NCBI RefSeq assembly: GCF_028641065.1
Contig: NC_073391.1
Span: 45,012,001-45,076,000, forward strand
Length of the DNA: 64,000 bases
Direction of reading: 5' to 3'
Source of the DNA: Leucoraja erinacea
Taxonomy: Eukaryota
Shown here one piece after another: positions 12,601-24,832 of this stretch. The notes below the pieces were generated by a model, which did not search any database, was not told where the DNA came from, and saw only the letters and a program-made list of their open reading frames with translations. The position numbers were made by a program, and so were the translations under genes. Position 1 is the stretch's first letter. Each line of letters starts with the position of its first letter.

Positions 12601-14859
12601 ACGGTTAAAGAGGGGACAATTTATGTTGTATGAAAGTGTTCAATAAATTTTTCCCCAAGTCTTATCGCTATTATTACTATCATTACGTCTACTACTGTTA
12701 TCAATGTTGCAAGTGGATCTGTCGCTGTATATTATATTCCTGTTTAGTTAAAGCATCATAGCTAACTTCTCGATGTCAGAAATGTTGACGCAAGTAACAC
12801 GTGACGGCAACAAAACCATCCTGAGACATTGAACATAGATTTAATCGGTGAGATAATTCATCGCAGCAGATATCCGGCAGTCTTCCCTTGAATGCTCTGA
12901 TGCAAATCATGCTGACATTGTTCACATTGACAATAATGTTTTCTATTCGAATCAAATTTATGAGATGTAAGTATTGAAACGTGAGAGCTAACGTGAAGAG
13001 ATCGTGTAGGAAACTGATGATATATTTCCGATTCAGGGGCACAAAGTTGCACATCCACGTTTGTAGATTGCATTGATATGGAAACAGATTCAAGATTCAG
13101 ATTCAGATTCGATCTTTATTGTCATTGTGCTGTGTACAGTACAGAGACAACGAAATGCAGTTAGCATCTCACCCAGAAGAGCGAACATAGAACAATGAGC
13201 AGTAAAATATATATATGTAAGTAAAATATATATATGTAAGTAAAATATATATATATGTACGTCAGTAATCTTCGGAACTAAACGGAGTAAGTGAACAGAC
13301 ACAACTGTGGTAAATTGAGGTTAGAACCTACGTGCCTCTGATAATTCCGTGAAGCGTAAATCTATTGCAGGTTATAAAATGTAATGACGTGTGCTCATTG
13401 AATAATGGGCTTTATCAGAAGTGCTGCAAATGACAGCTCTGTTTGAAAATCCACAAACCGTTATTCAGATAAAAGTGTCTTTGATCTTTTTTTCCTTCTG
13501 TTCACCTTCCTGAATATTGTCATTATTCTCAGTTTCGACCTCGAGCTTGTGTTTTTCCGCTGTGCAAGCAGCCCCTATTTGCGCCGGATCTGGCGCACAG
13601 TATCGCAATATGATTACCGTCATTCGAGAAGATAATATTTGGCATGGAACAGCGGCAGCGCAGGTTCTGCAGAACGATCCCTAGCCATAGAATAATAGCT
13701 TGAATAAAAGCAATTCGGGGTGATGCAAGGGTATTTTCTAAAGGTAGAACGCATTCGATAAGTAAGGTGAATGAAAGGTTTCTCTGAACATGTAAGCCTC
13801 TTAACATCTTTTTAAAGCTTAGGACTTGAGGTGTACAGAAACGCGTACAAATCGTGCCGACTTTTGTGTACTGACTCGATATGGTCTATTATCTTACACT
13901 CACAAACTTGGTATAATTGTGCGTACTGAATGTACTGTTAAACTGCATGCAAAAATACAATTTCTTTATTCATTATACTTGAAAATAAAGTGCCATTGAA
14001 CCGTTGATATAGAAATTATATAGATAACGCCATTTTAAATTACTTCTGGACCATTCAAAAATGAGGCATTTTGCAACCGAAAGTATCAGAGATGTCCCCG
14101 ATCGCTCTCCTTCGAAACCGATTCGCAATGCACGGAATGCACGGCCCACGGAGCAGGGTCAAGACACTGCTGTTGCTCCTCAGAAACCTCTTCCGCCCTT
14201 TGCCTCCACAACGCTCGCTGTCTAATGAAGATTATTTTGGCTTCCCCGCTATTTGTCTTCAGTTTACAGATGTAGTTCTATTTCTGACACCACGGACTTA
14301 TAGAGTGGGACAGCACTGAAATAGGCCCTTTCGGCCCGCCATGACCCTGCCTTGCCACACTAATCTCATTTACACGCATTCTGTGCCTTGGAGATTGAAG
14401 AACCTGTCAGACTTGTCGTTCGGTTATCTGCCTCCATCCCCTCTTCAGACAGCGCAATCCAGATTCCAGCAAACCTGCGGGCAACGGTTCGCTCAGAGTT
14501 CCTCTATACCTCCTAACTCTCACCCTAAACATATGCTCTCTTGTTTAAGGAACTTGCACATCGGGGAAATTATTTTTACTATCTACGATATTTATATACA
14601 TTTTTTCTCCATTTCTATCACATCCCCACACAGCCCTCCTCTCCACGAAAACCAAACCCAGACTCTTTATCTGTCCTTACACTCAGGTTCTCCAGTCCAG
14701 CCAACATCCTCGTAAATTTCAGATGCATCCACTCCAGAACAATTGCATCATTTATTTAGCGTGGCTAGCAGAACAGCAGAAAGTAGTTAATGTGTGGCAT
14801 AAACCATGTTTTATACAGTTGTTATATGAGATTCCAGTTATTTTGTTAGCCAATTAGTT

Positions 14860-15200
14860 GATGTGGACAAGCTTTTCCCTTTGAGAATAGGGAAGATTCA
14901 AACAAGAGGACATGACTTCAGAATTATGGGACAGAAGTTTAGGGGTAATATGAGGGGGAACTTCTTTACTCAGAGAGTGGTAGCGGTGTGGAATGAGCTT
15001 CCAGTGGAAGTGGTGGAGGCAGGTTCATTGGTATCATTTAAAAATAAATTTGATAGGCATATGGATGAGAAGGGAACGGAAGGTTATGGTATGAGTGCAG
15101 GCAGGTGGGACTAAGGGGGAAAAAAGTTGTTCGGCACGGACTGGTAGGGCCGAGATGGCCTGTTTCCGTGCTGTAATTGTTATATGGTTATATGGTTAAT
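14860..15200 (+). mobile_element. CR1 LINE 3' fragment (second subfamily)
   Basis: KLFPL..TRGHDFRI..FFTQRVVAVWNELP and a (TTATATGG)n tail. Confidence 0.85.
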
Positions 15201-16030
15201 GAGTTCGACCACGTCTTATGCCTTCTTCGCCGCATTATCAACCTGTGCTTAAACTTTGAGGGATATTTGAACTTGGACATTAATGTCCCTCTGTTCATCA
15301 ACACTCCTCGTGGCCTTGTTATTTAAATAGCTCGTCCTACTCTCAAAACTGTGACGACCCGGTTGATTTGGTTGCACTAGGGACTTGGGACTTAGTTTTG
15401 TTTTGCGCTATGTTATATTTTTTCTTTGTTGAACTTTTTCTGTAATGTATTAAGCACTGTACTTACAACCCTGTTGTACTGCTGCAAGGGGGAAAACATT
15501 GTTCCGATTAGATACATATGACAATTGAACATTATTGAATCTTGACTCATGACTACTCTCGTTTGCCATCTTACTATGCATCATAGCCCATTTGTCAGGT
15601 TTTAACTCCATCTACCATTGCTCCAAGCCATTTTCCAACCGATCCGTCTCATGTTGTTACATTGAACAGACTTCATTGCTTTCGACAACATCACCTCTGC
15701 TAGTATTAACTGCAGATATATCATACCCTCTATATTCACATTCGGGTAGCTTGGGAATATATAATATATAGAGCCAATGTTTCTGGTTAGCTCTCAACCC
15801 TGGTGCAAGATCTCAATGCGAAATGTCGACTTACATGTTTTGGCTCCATAGATGTCGATTGGCCCACTAAGCGCTATTCTGTTGCTGCAGGTAGAAACAC
15901 ATGATCCATATGCTGTTATCTCCTAAAATATTTATTCAGATTTGTTCGCCCGAATTTGCCCACTGATGACTATCAACTCTCGCCTTTCCACACGAATCTT
16001 GTTCCTTTGAAGTTTTCCAATATTTTCCCT

Positions 16031-16185
16031 GTCACTGAAGGAAGATGCACGAGTCTGCACTGATCTGGCTCCTTTTTTTTGCAAGCGATGCAATTGTAAG
16101 TGCAAATGGGGATCTGCGCTCATCATTTCCTTCTTGAATTATGGAAATATTTGCTGTCTTCCGATTCACGAATAGAGAAAGGCCT
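16031..16185 (+). pseudogene. Decayed TCR V relic (FR1-FR2), truncated by a CR1 insertion
   Basis: One frame reads VTEGRCTSLH*SGSFFLQAMQL*VQMGICAHHFLL. TGA sits at the first-Cys position and TTG TAA GTG CAA at the WYVQ position, with the same C-to-W spacing as V2. Confidence 0.5.
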
Positions 16186-16550
16186 GGATAAATTAGACGT
16201 GTTGAAGATGTTTCCACTAGTGGGAGAGTCTAGGACCAGGGGCCATAACCTCAGAATAAAATAATGTACCTTTAGAAAGAAGACGAGGAGGAATTCATTT
16301 AGACAGAGGGTGCTGAATCCGTGGAATTCTTTGCAACAGAAGGCTGTAGAGGCTAGATGAATGCATATTTTAAAGATAGAGTTTGGTAGGGTCTAGATTA
16401 GTAAGGGTGTCAACGGTTATGGGGAGAAGGCACAAGAATGATATTGAGAATGAAAGATAGATCGGTCATAATTGAATGGCGGAGAAGACTCGATCGGCCG
16501 AATGGCTTAATTCTTAACTCATACAACTTATGAACTTAGGAAATTATGAA
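16185..16550 (+). mobile_element. Old CR1 3' fragment
   Basis: Degenerate GESRTRGH and QRVLNPWNSL-like sequence plus CR1 3' UTR. Confidence 0.75.
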
Positions 16551-17125
16551 CTATGTACTTCAACGGTGGCTAATGAGGCGCATGGATACCCGTTAGGCCC
16601 CAGCAATCTCATTCATTTATTCCCATGGCAGTATTGAATGCATTTCAGCAGATCCCGGGGAGTTGTGGACTTTATGGACTATGACTCTAAACACTCGCAC
16701 TGCCTCCTTCATTAAGCTATCACTCTCAAATATGAACGTGTCTCACTCTGTACTCTCTCTGCAACATGTCTTCGTCGGAGTAGAAACACGCTCACCGCGT
16801 CAGTGCTTTCAAACTTCGAGGCTTCTATGAGGGCGCTTAGCAGCCTTCACCTTTGCAACTCAAAGAGGGAAAGAACACAGCATGGTCGATATTTCCCTAC
16901 AGGTAGCCCTGGTGAAAATCTTGTAACATAATATTTGCCCCATCAATCGGGACTAACATTAGGGAGTTGGAGGTGTTACCGATCCCCCAAAGGCAATGCC
17001 TTGTATGCAGAACTGTATTTGTCAATTCCTCCACCTTGAGCACCTTTATTAATTTTTCTTCGACATTACATTCGTACGTGGCTTAGGACATCAAATACTA
17101 TGGAATGATTCGAGCTTAGTAATGC

Positions 17126-17477
17126 ATGTTCCAGTGCTCACGAAATATATTTTGGAAACGCCTGGCCGTGTCTGTTTGTCCACTAATGATATCGTTTGGC
17201 TTAGGTGAGGGAAACGTTGTGCAGACATCTCCATCACAAATTCCCAGCGAATGGAAGACGATCTCGATGGAATGTGAAACAACCATTGCATTCTCGGAGA
17301 TGTATTGGTATGTGCAGCAGGCAGCCGAGGGCCCAAAATTATTGATCGTGGCTTCAGATCGGGGTGAATATGAAGGTCGATTTACAGCAGTCGGTCGAAG
17401 TTCGGAGAAGAGTGGTTCCTTGACAATCTCGTCCTTGCGTCTGACAGACACCGGAACCTACTATTGTGCGGTGCACA
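17126..17477 (+). CDS. TRAV: T-cell receptor alpha-type V segment 2 (V exon from 17205 with an in-frame leader-like extension from 17126)
   Basis: ISMEC..MYWYVQQAAEGPKLLI..GRF..GSLTISSLRLTDTGTYYCAV, followed by an RSS; the upstream in-frame ATG gives a signal-peptide-like MFQCSRNIFWKRLAVSVCPLMISFGLGEG. Confidence 0.9.
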
Positions 17478-17514
17478 CACAGTGCCAAAGAGCGCCGGAG
17501 ACCGTACAAAAACT
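17476..17514 (+). other. Recombination signal sequence of V2
   Basis: CACAGTG at 17478-17484 and nonamer ACAAAAACT at 17506-17514 give a 21-bp spacer; the overlapping CACACAG at 17476 gives 23 bp. Confidence 0.85.
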
Positions 17515-18349
17515 GTCCTGCGTTCAAGTTGCTAGTTTTAAAGTGACTGAACTAATAGGCGCTCTGTTGTGTGAAAGGTGGTGAAGTGCCCACTTCATCA
17601 TAGTCGTAAGATGTATTCTTTTGATATCTGTTGATAAAAATATATGGGCTCTATGGAACACTTTTCCCGAAAGCTTTCTTCGAGTGCGCATTCTTACACT
17701 ATCAATCCGTTCACCCAGTAGAAATCTCCAGCGAAAAGCACAAAGGTTCAAGATCATCGAATCGCAGTTTGAAGAAGTAATTACTGTTCGCGGCGTTCAA
17801 AATATAATCGACAAATACTTTCACAACGGGCAAGCGAGGTATTACGTGATAAAATATTTTCAATTTTTAGATGTTATTTGAACACAATACATTGTAATCA
17901 ATATTTCGCTGTCAATCCATAGAGTTTCGGGATAAATTAATACTGATTCATTAAAATACAAGTTTGTTTTTATTTAGCAGTGAATAACATTTTGGAGAGT
18001 AATTTATTAGACGAGCTACTGCGCTTCGGGGTGGAATGTGGTATATTTTTCGTGAATGGAAGCAGGAGTATTGGATTGCTATATTATATCATATCATAAA
18101 AGTGATACAAATAATATAATCTAATGTAGTTGAATGCATAAGACACATATAACGGATGCTTTGAACATACTGTATATGAAATGCCGCTGGCAGGATTAAA
18201 TTGCAATTGAACATGTTGCGAGTTTTGTTGTAGGATTCTGAACATTCCACCAGGTACACGTACCGGGAACTATATTCTCTCTGCCTTACTAGGATTCCAT
18301 GAGAAGGCGCAATGTTGAGTTACAGTGTATATTGATGAATTGAGGGTTT

Positions 18350-18865
18350 AGGTCCTAATTTGAGGAAGGACATTCTTGTTATTGAGGGAGTGCAGCGTAG
18401 GTTTACAAGGTTAATTTCCGGGATGGCGGGGGCTGTTATATGCTGAGAATGGAGCAGCTGGGTTTGTACACTCTGCGGTTTAGAAGAATGAACGGTGATT
18501 TCATTGAAACCTATATGATTGTTAAGGGTTTGGACACGTTAGAGGAAGGAAACATGTTCCCGGTGTTGGGGGAGTCCAGAACTAGGAGCCACAGTTTAAG
18601 AATAAGGAATAAGCCATTTAGAACGGAGACGAGGAAACACTTTTTCTCACAGAGAGTGGTGAGTCTGTGGAATTCTCTGCCTCAGAGGGCGGTGGAATCG
18701 GGTTCTCTGGATGCTTTAAAGAGAGAGCTAGATAGGACTTAAAAATGGCGGAGTCAGGGGATATGGGGAGAAGGCAGGAACGGGGTACTGATTGGGGATG
18801 ATCAACCATTGAATGGCGGGCCGAATGGTCTACTCCTGCACCTATTGTCTATTGTCTATTGTCTT
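18350..18865 (+). mobile_element. CR1 LINE 3' fragment
   Basis: LGLYTLRFRR..GESRTRSHSLRI..FSQRVVSLWNSLP and a (CTATTGT)n tail. Confidence 0.88.
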
Positions 18866-19724
18866 AAAAGCTAAGTAAATGGATTTGTAAACAACACGAA
18901 GTGGAAGTATAGCGGAACAAAAGAAGTACAGTTGAATAAGTAAAGAAACTTAAGCCGCAAGGTGAAATACACACCTAAATGATTAAGTTGTATGAATCAT
19001 TTTAATCAATCAATCAATCAATGAGTAGACATGGGCACTGGATGTCAAACAATAGATGTCAAGAGTTATTATATGGCTTTAATCCGCCGTCAAGCGAGTT
19101 GATGTGACGCCTCAGATGTAAGACACAACAAAATTCACACCATGGGGGAGGGAGGGGGAGGCACGTTAATTAAAGAAAGATATATCGGAAGTCCTAGAAT
19201 GGAAAGCTTCAGTTTGGGAGTAGATGCGGTGGTAAAGAGAAGTTGAGAGTATGGGGTTACGTCATTGCCAGAGGCAAGGTCGAAGGAAATGGCGTCACGT
19301 TAACTGGGACAACAGGTGGGCAATACGTCAGTGAGGCCGCACTTGTACCATCGTGTTGAGTTTTGGTCAAGCGACCAGAGGCAGAATGGCATTAAGCAGG
19401 AAGTCGCGCGGAGACGATTGAGGAGGATGGCGCCAGAACACGAGACCATGAGCTATTGAGAGAGGTTATGGAGTATATGACTATTCCTCTCAGGTGTGGA
19501 GTCTGAGAGGTGATCTTGCAGATGTGTACACACTCATGGGGTGAATAGATAAAGTCAGTGCAGTCGTTTTGGGGGGTGGGGGGCATGACGTACAAGAGCA
19601 CATCAACTGGAACAGAGATGGGAAAGATTTAATAGGAACACGAGTGGTAAATTTGTCACACAGAAGATGCTAGGTGCTGTCATTGGAACGAGCTGTAGGG
19701 GAAGTAGTTGGAGTGGTTACAATA

Positions 19725-19804
19725 ACAAACTTTGAAATATATTTAGGTACACGAATAGAGACAATCGTTTCTATTCGTGTACCTAAATATATTTCAAAGT
19801 TTGT
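19725..19804. repeat. Perfect inverted repeat with 35-bp arms and a 10-bp spacer
   Basis: 19725-19759 is the exact reverse complement of 19770-19804. Confidence 0.9.
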
Positions 19805-20641
19805 ATAGAGGCAGTATAGACGGAGCCTTGGTTGTGGCGTCTTTAAACTTATATGACGTCGCATTCATGAGGTTGTTTAAGAGCTATGATGTTTGGACGA
19901 GTGGGGTGGGGGGGAAATGATATAGATCCAGAATTGTTGAACAGAAAAAAAGAAGAAGAGGTTGGGAACAAATGGACTCTCCGTTTTGCAAATCTGTGTG
20001 CTGGGATCATGGAGATGGCCGTACTCAAGAACAGCTTCCCCGCTGTTATCAGACTAATGAAGGATGAGGGGGGTCTTATAGAAACATATACAATTATAAA
20101 AGGACTGGACAAGCTAGATGCAGGAAAAATGTTCCCAATGTTGGGCGAGTCCAGAACCAGGAGCCACAGTCTAAAGGGGAGGTCATTTAAGACTTGAGGT
20201 GAGAAAAAAAAAACGTTTTCACCCAGAGAGGTGTGAATTTATGGAATTCCCTGGCACAGAGGGCAGTGGAGGCCAAGTCACTGGATGGATTTAAGATAGA
20301 GTAATGCCCCTGTCCCCACTTAGGAAACCTGAACGGAAACCTCTGGAGACTTTGCGCCCACCCCGCCCCCCCCCCCCCCCCCGCCCACCCTACCACCCCC
20401 CCCCCCCCCCCCACCCCCCCCCCCCCCCCACCCCCCAAGGTTTCCGTGCGTGGATTTGCCTGGATTGCACCGCAAAACACAGTTTTCAATGTATCTCGAT
20501 ACAGGTGACAATAATAAACCAACACACATCCCAATTATTTATCGGCCATTTATCGTCCAATACCAATACATCAGATAATGCCAGATCGATGGTCGTTGGA
20601 TAACAAGATTTCTTCGCACGATTAGCCAAAGTTGAGATTTA

Positions 20642-20867
20642 TGCCCCTGTCCCACTTAGGGAACCTGAACGGAAACCTCTGGAGTCTTTGCGCCCCACCC
20701 AAGGTTTCCGTGCTGTTCCCGGAGGTTTCGGTCAGTCTCCCTACCTGCTTCCACTACCTGCAACCTCCGGCAACCACCTGCAACCTCCGGGAACCGCACG
20801 GAAACCTTAGGTGGGGAGCAAAGTCTCCAGAGGTTTCCGTTCAGGTTTCCTAAGTGGGACAGGGGCA
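20642..20867. mobile_element. PIF/Harbinger-type MITE (TIR TGCCCCTGTCCCACTTAGG..., TTA TSD); partial sister copy at 20305-20450
   Basis: TIRs of about 85 bp flanked by TTA on both sides. Confidence 0.85.
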
Positions 20868-20880
20868 TTAAAGTTTGCCC

Positions 20881-21788
20881 TCATCTTACTAATGTAGTAA
20901 TTCGATTCCAAAGATACAGTGCAGCATTTTTAATTTCCTTCCTGAATTTACTCTGGGTGACTACATAAATGCAGGTGTTGGTGCAAGAGCTCAGAAGCTG
21001 AAGCATGTTTGCATTTTCCTGGCGAATGAACCTTGGGTCGTTGAAATTAGAACCGCTGAAATAGGGTTCCTTTGAAATTTCCACGTAGAGGAAATCAACA
21101 ACGTACGGCATCCACAACAGGATGAAACTGCCCGAGATTAGAAAGAGCAAAACGATGGACTTTCTCCGACTGTCCATCTCTGCGTCGCTCTGCTTTTCTC
21201 CGTGACTCTGGGACACGAGTTTTTTGCGGCCTCTACTCGCCACGAGAATGTGTCTGACCGTCAGAATATTAAAGATCAAAATCAGGACGAACGGGAGGCC
21301 TGGGTTTAAAATGCGTGCGAACCAATCATACATTGTCCAGGCGAGGGATATGCTGTAGATTGGTTTTCTGGTGCAAAACCACGGTTGGTTGTCAATGATG
21401 TAGACTGGTTCGTAGATGAAGTACCAAGGGACGCTTTTCAAACAGCTCAACACACAGATTGTCCCAATGACCGCCGCCGCCGTTCTCTCTGTGCAATATG
21501 TACTCCTCAGCTTCTGGCAACAAATGGCCACGAACCGATCAAAGGTGAATGCGACCGTCAACCAGACCGAACTCTCGATGGCTGCATAAATTGCAACAGT
21601 GCTGAGAGTACAAGCTGGGGTTAAGGACATAAAACTAAATGGGAAATAAATGCCAACAATCCGGTTGAATATAACAGCAGTGATAACGACCAGTAGATCC
21701 GTCACCGCCATGGACAACAGATACCGACTGATGCACTTGGAGAGACCGCATCTTCCTCTGAACAGGATTACAATCGCCACCACATTCA
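20881..21788 (-). CDS. GPR139-like: GPR139/142-like class A GPCR gene A, exon 2 (325 aa with exon 1)
   Basis: 7TM pattern: NVVAIVIL (TM1), YLLSMAVTDL (TM2), SVWLTVAFTFDRFVAIC (TM3), PWFC (ECL2), SFILLWMP (TM6), SSCTNTCIY (TM7); acceptor TTTTCCATCAG at 21789. Confidence 0.92.
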
Positions 21789-22019
21789 CTGATGGAAAAT
21801 AAATTTAAAATTAATAGACGTGTTATCGTATTTATTTTAGTTTAGCCCAGTTGAGTTTAGTCTATTGTCACGTGCACCAAAGTACAGTGAACCCCTTTTT
21901 GTTGCGTGTAACCAGTCCACTGAAAGACAATACAAGATTCGGCTCGAAAGACCGAATGGCCTACACTTGCACCTATTGTCTATTGTCATGATGAAAATCG
22001 AGCCATCCACAGTGGTTCG

Positions 22020-22407
22020 AAACTTATAGAAACTTACAAATTTATTAAGGGGATGGATAGGCTAGATGCAGGAAGATTATTCCCGATGTTGGGGAAGTCT
22101 AGAACAAGGGGTCACAGTTTAATGATAAGGGGGAAATCTTTTAGAACCGAGATGAGAAAATCATTTTTTACACACACAGTGGTGAATCTGTGGAATTCTC
22201 TGCCACAGTAGGTAGTTGAGGCCAGTTAATTGGCTATATTTAAGAGGGTGTTAAATGTGGCCTTTGTGGCTAAAGGGATCAGGGGGTATGGAGAGAAGGC
22301 AGGGACAGGATACTGAGTTGGATGATCAGCCATGATCATATTGAATGGCGGTGCAGGCTCGAAGGGCCGAATGGCCTACTCCTGCGCCTATTTTCTACGT
22401 TTCTATG
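22020..22407 (+). mobile_element. CR1 3' fragment in the gene A intron (duplicated at about 32295-32680)
   Basis: CR1 RT C-terminal sequence and 3' UTR. Confidence 0.85.
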
Positions 22408-23678
22408 GATATTCAAACTATCAGCCGAATGTTTTAAAGTTCTTACAGATAATAGTTTTATAGATTGAGAGCAAAGCGAAAATAAATAGTTCCCGGTATA
22501 ATTTTCTGTCACGAATTTACCCGGAATATTTAGCTCTCAATGTAAAGGCAAGGACACGAGTGCGAAGGATTTGAAGGTATCGCGAAAATCCATTGAATGT
22601 TAGTCGGTATCTATTAGTGAACAATTTTCCCTTTGAGGGGACAATGCAATGAAAATCTAGGTCTCTTCCACTATGGCTGTCAATCTGTACTGCGGCCTTT
22701 CCAGTAACGGTTCAAACACAATGTACCAGTTTCCCTTTACCTTGAAGTGTACTGAGCCTTGACGCATAAGGTATAGCAAGGTAGTGGTGCCACAAATACG
22801 ATACTGATAAGATATTGAACCGCAAGGTACAAAGTCGCCCCAAACTAACCATCAAGTTGCAGAACACAATTAATATTTATCTGTATGCACGCTCAAACAA
22901 TAAACACAATATCGGCGTTAACTTGGATGTGTTAAAGAAAATGATCAGAGAACAGCCTTTACAGTAAATATCCGTAAAGTAAAACGATCAAGAATGTTCT
23001 CCAAGACCCATGAGAAATTGTAGCATCTTCTGAAAACAAATAAGAAGCTCTGGCCCAAGGCCGATTAAAATGAAGACGTTATGCGTGGTAGGAGAGCCCA
23101 CTAGTCTCGTCCGGTAAAGCAAAGATAATCTGTGGCAAAGAGAAGTCCGAAAGTAAGCATGATCTCGCACACCATCCAGCCACCACTGTTGTCCGATAGG
23201 GATCTCCTGGTCTGTTGAATCGCTCTGCGACTTTGGACCATTGACATCGTCCACGTAGATCGGGTAAATTGTGACTTGGAGTGATGGCATACAATCTATG
23301 ATTACGAATTTGCAGTTGAATTTGCATCTTCCCAATTTGCAATCCTTGTGAAATGAATAGAAATACATTTCGGGAAAAGGCATCTCAGGTTGCAAGATCG
23401 ACATTAATCATTTTGTATCATCACTGAGGGTCAGGATTTGTGCAAGCTGGCGTGGTTGATTTCAGCAAGTCCGACAGGAGACCTCTCATCAAAGCCTCAC
23501 ATTTTATAAGTAGTTACCAAAAGTTTGGTTTCGTGACAAATTCTGAAAATGAACCATTGCAGCTTACTTACCGAGGTAGAAACACACAGAGAGATATGTG
23601 CCACCTTGTTAATTGGCAGAAAAACAGCAATTGATTAAACATCGATATATCACTCGCTGATTTAGTACAACGGCTTAC

Positions 23679-23748
23679 CCGGAACGCCGATGGCTGCAAG
23701 AAGTGGGTAATAAATAGCATAAACGGGACCCGTTATTCTGTCGTGCAT
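23679..23748 (-). CDS. GPR139-like: GPCR gene A exon 1 (MHDRITGPVYAIYYPLLAAIGVP)
   Basis: 70 nt; phase-1 donor G|GTAAGC; supplies the N-terminus and first half of TM1 in frame with exon 2. Confidence 0.88.
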
Positions 23749-24242
23749 TGTTCATGAGATGGGTTGGTTTATCCTGAAGGTATTCCGGAGTGCAATTTTG
23801 CCACAACCGACCTCTCAGTTTTACGTGGCGGGAATCCACAGAGATTCAATTAGGTGAACGATGATTCAATTTCTTAAACGAATAAATTTGACACACGTTC
23901 CCTGTGCTCATTTTGTTTTCCAGCCATTGGCCATCGAGGCGAAACAACCGCAGTTGGGTGAGATATAGTTGTGTAGAGAATTGAAGCAACACAGTAGAGG
24001 TGGTTACGTGTTTTTGTCCTGTGTCGCAACATTGTAAATCTAATTTGCACAACACGAAATGCACTTAGATAATACACGGAGGACTCATTCAACGCACGGT
24101 GGATTCACAACACAGAAACATGTCCCACACTGTCATCAATGCCATCCACATTTTCCCCTTTCCATTGCGAACGTTAGATCAGTGTTACGCTGATACAATG
24201 AAAGTCTTGTTTTTAGCAGCATGACAGGCACACAGACCCAGA

Positions 24243-24832
24243 TAGAAACATAGAAAATAGGTGCAGGAGTAGGCCATTCGGCCCTTCGAGCCTGCACCGC
24301 CATTCAATATGATCATGGCTGATCATCCAGCTCAGTATCCTGTACCTGCCTTCTCTCCATACCCCCTGATCCCTTTAGCCACAAGGGCCACATCTAACTC
24401 CCTCTTAAATATAGCCAATGAACTGGCCTCAAATACCTTCTGTGGCAGAGAATTCCAGAGATTCACCACTCTCTGTGTGAAAAATGTTTTTCTCATCTCG
24501 GTCCTAAAAGATTTCCCCTCATCCTTAAACCGTGACCCCTTGTTCTGGACTTCCCCAACATCGGGAACAATCTTCCTGCATCTAGCCTGTCCAACCCCTT
24601 AAGAATGTTGTGAGTTTCTATAAGAACCCCCCTCAATCTTCTAAATTCTAGCGAGTACAAGCCGAGTCTATCCAGTCTTTCTTCATATGAAAGTCCTGAC
24701 ATCCCACGAATCAGTCTGGTGAACCCTTTCTGTACTCCCTCTATGGCAAGAATGTCTTTCCTCAGATTAGGAGACAAAAACTGTACGCAATACTCCAGGT
24801 ATGGTCTCTCCAAGACCCTGTACAACTGCAAC
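24243..24832 (-). mobile_element. CR1 LINE 3' fragment (duplicated at about 34517-35020)
   Basis: LYRVLERPYLEYCVQF..RRLRGVLIETH. Confidence 0.9.

Noticed and set aside
13200-13260. Short tandem repeat of AGTAAAATATATATATGTA
   Set aside because: Simple AT-rich repeat in a retroelement tail; no spacers, so not CRISPR-like.
22008-22044. CACAGTG in the introns of genes A and B as a cryptic RSS
   Set aside because: No nonamer at 12 or 23 bp spacing; it sits at a repeat junction.
22988-23404. 138-aa ORF repeated at 33262-33564
   Set aside because: It lies in the GPCR intron; the recurrence reflects the recent duplication, it is truncated in copy 2, and it has no recognisable domain.
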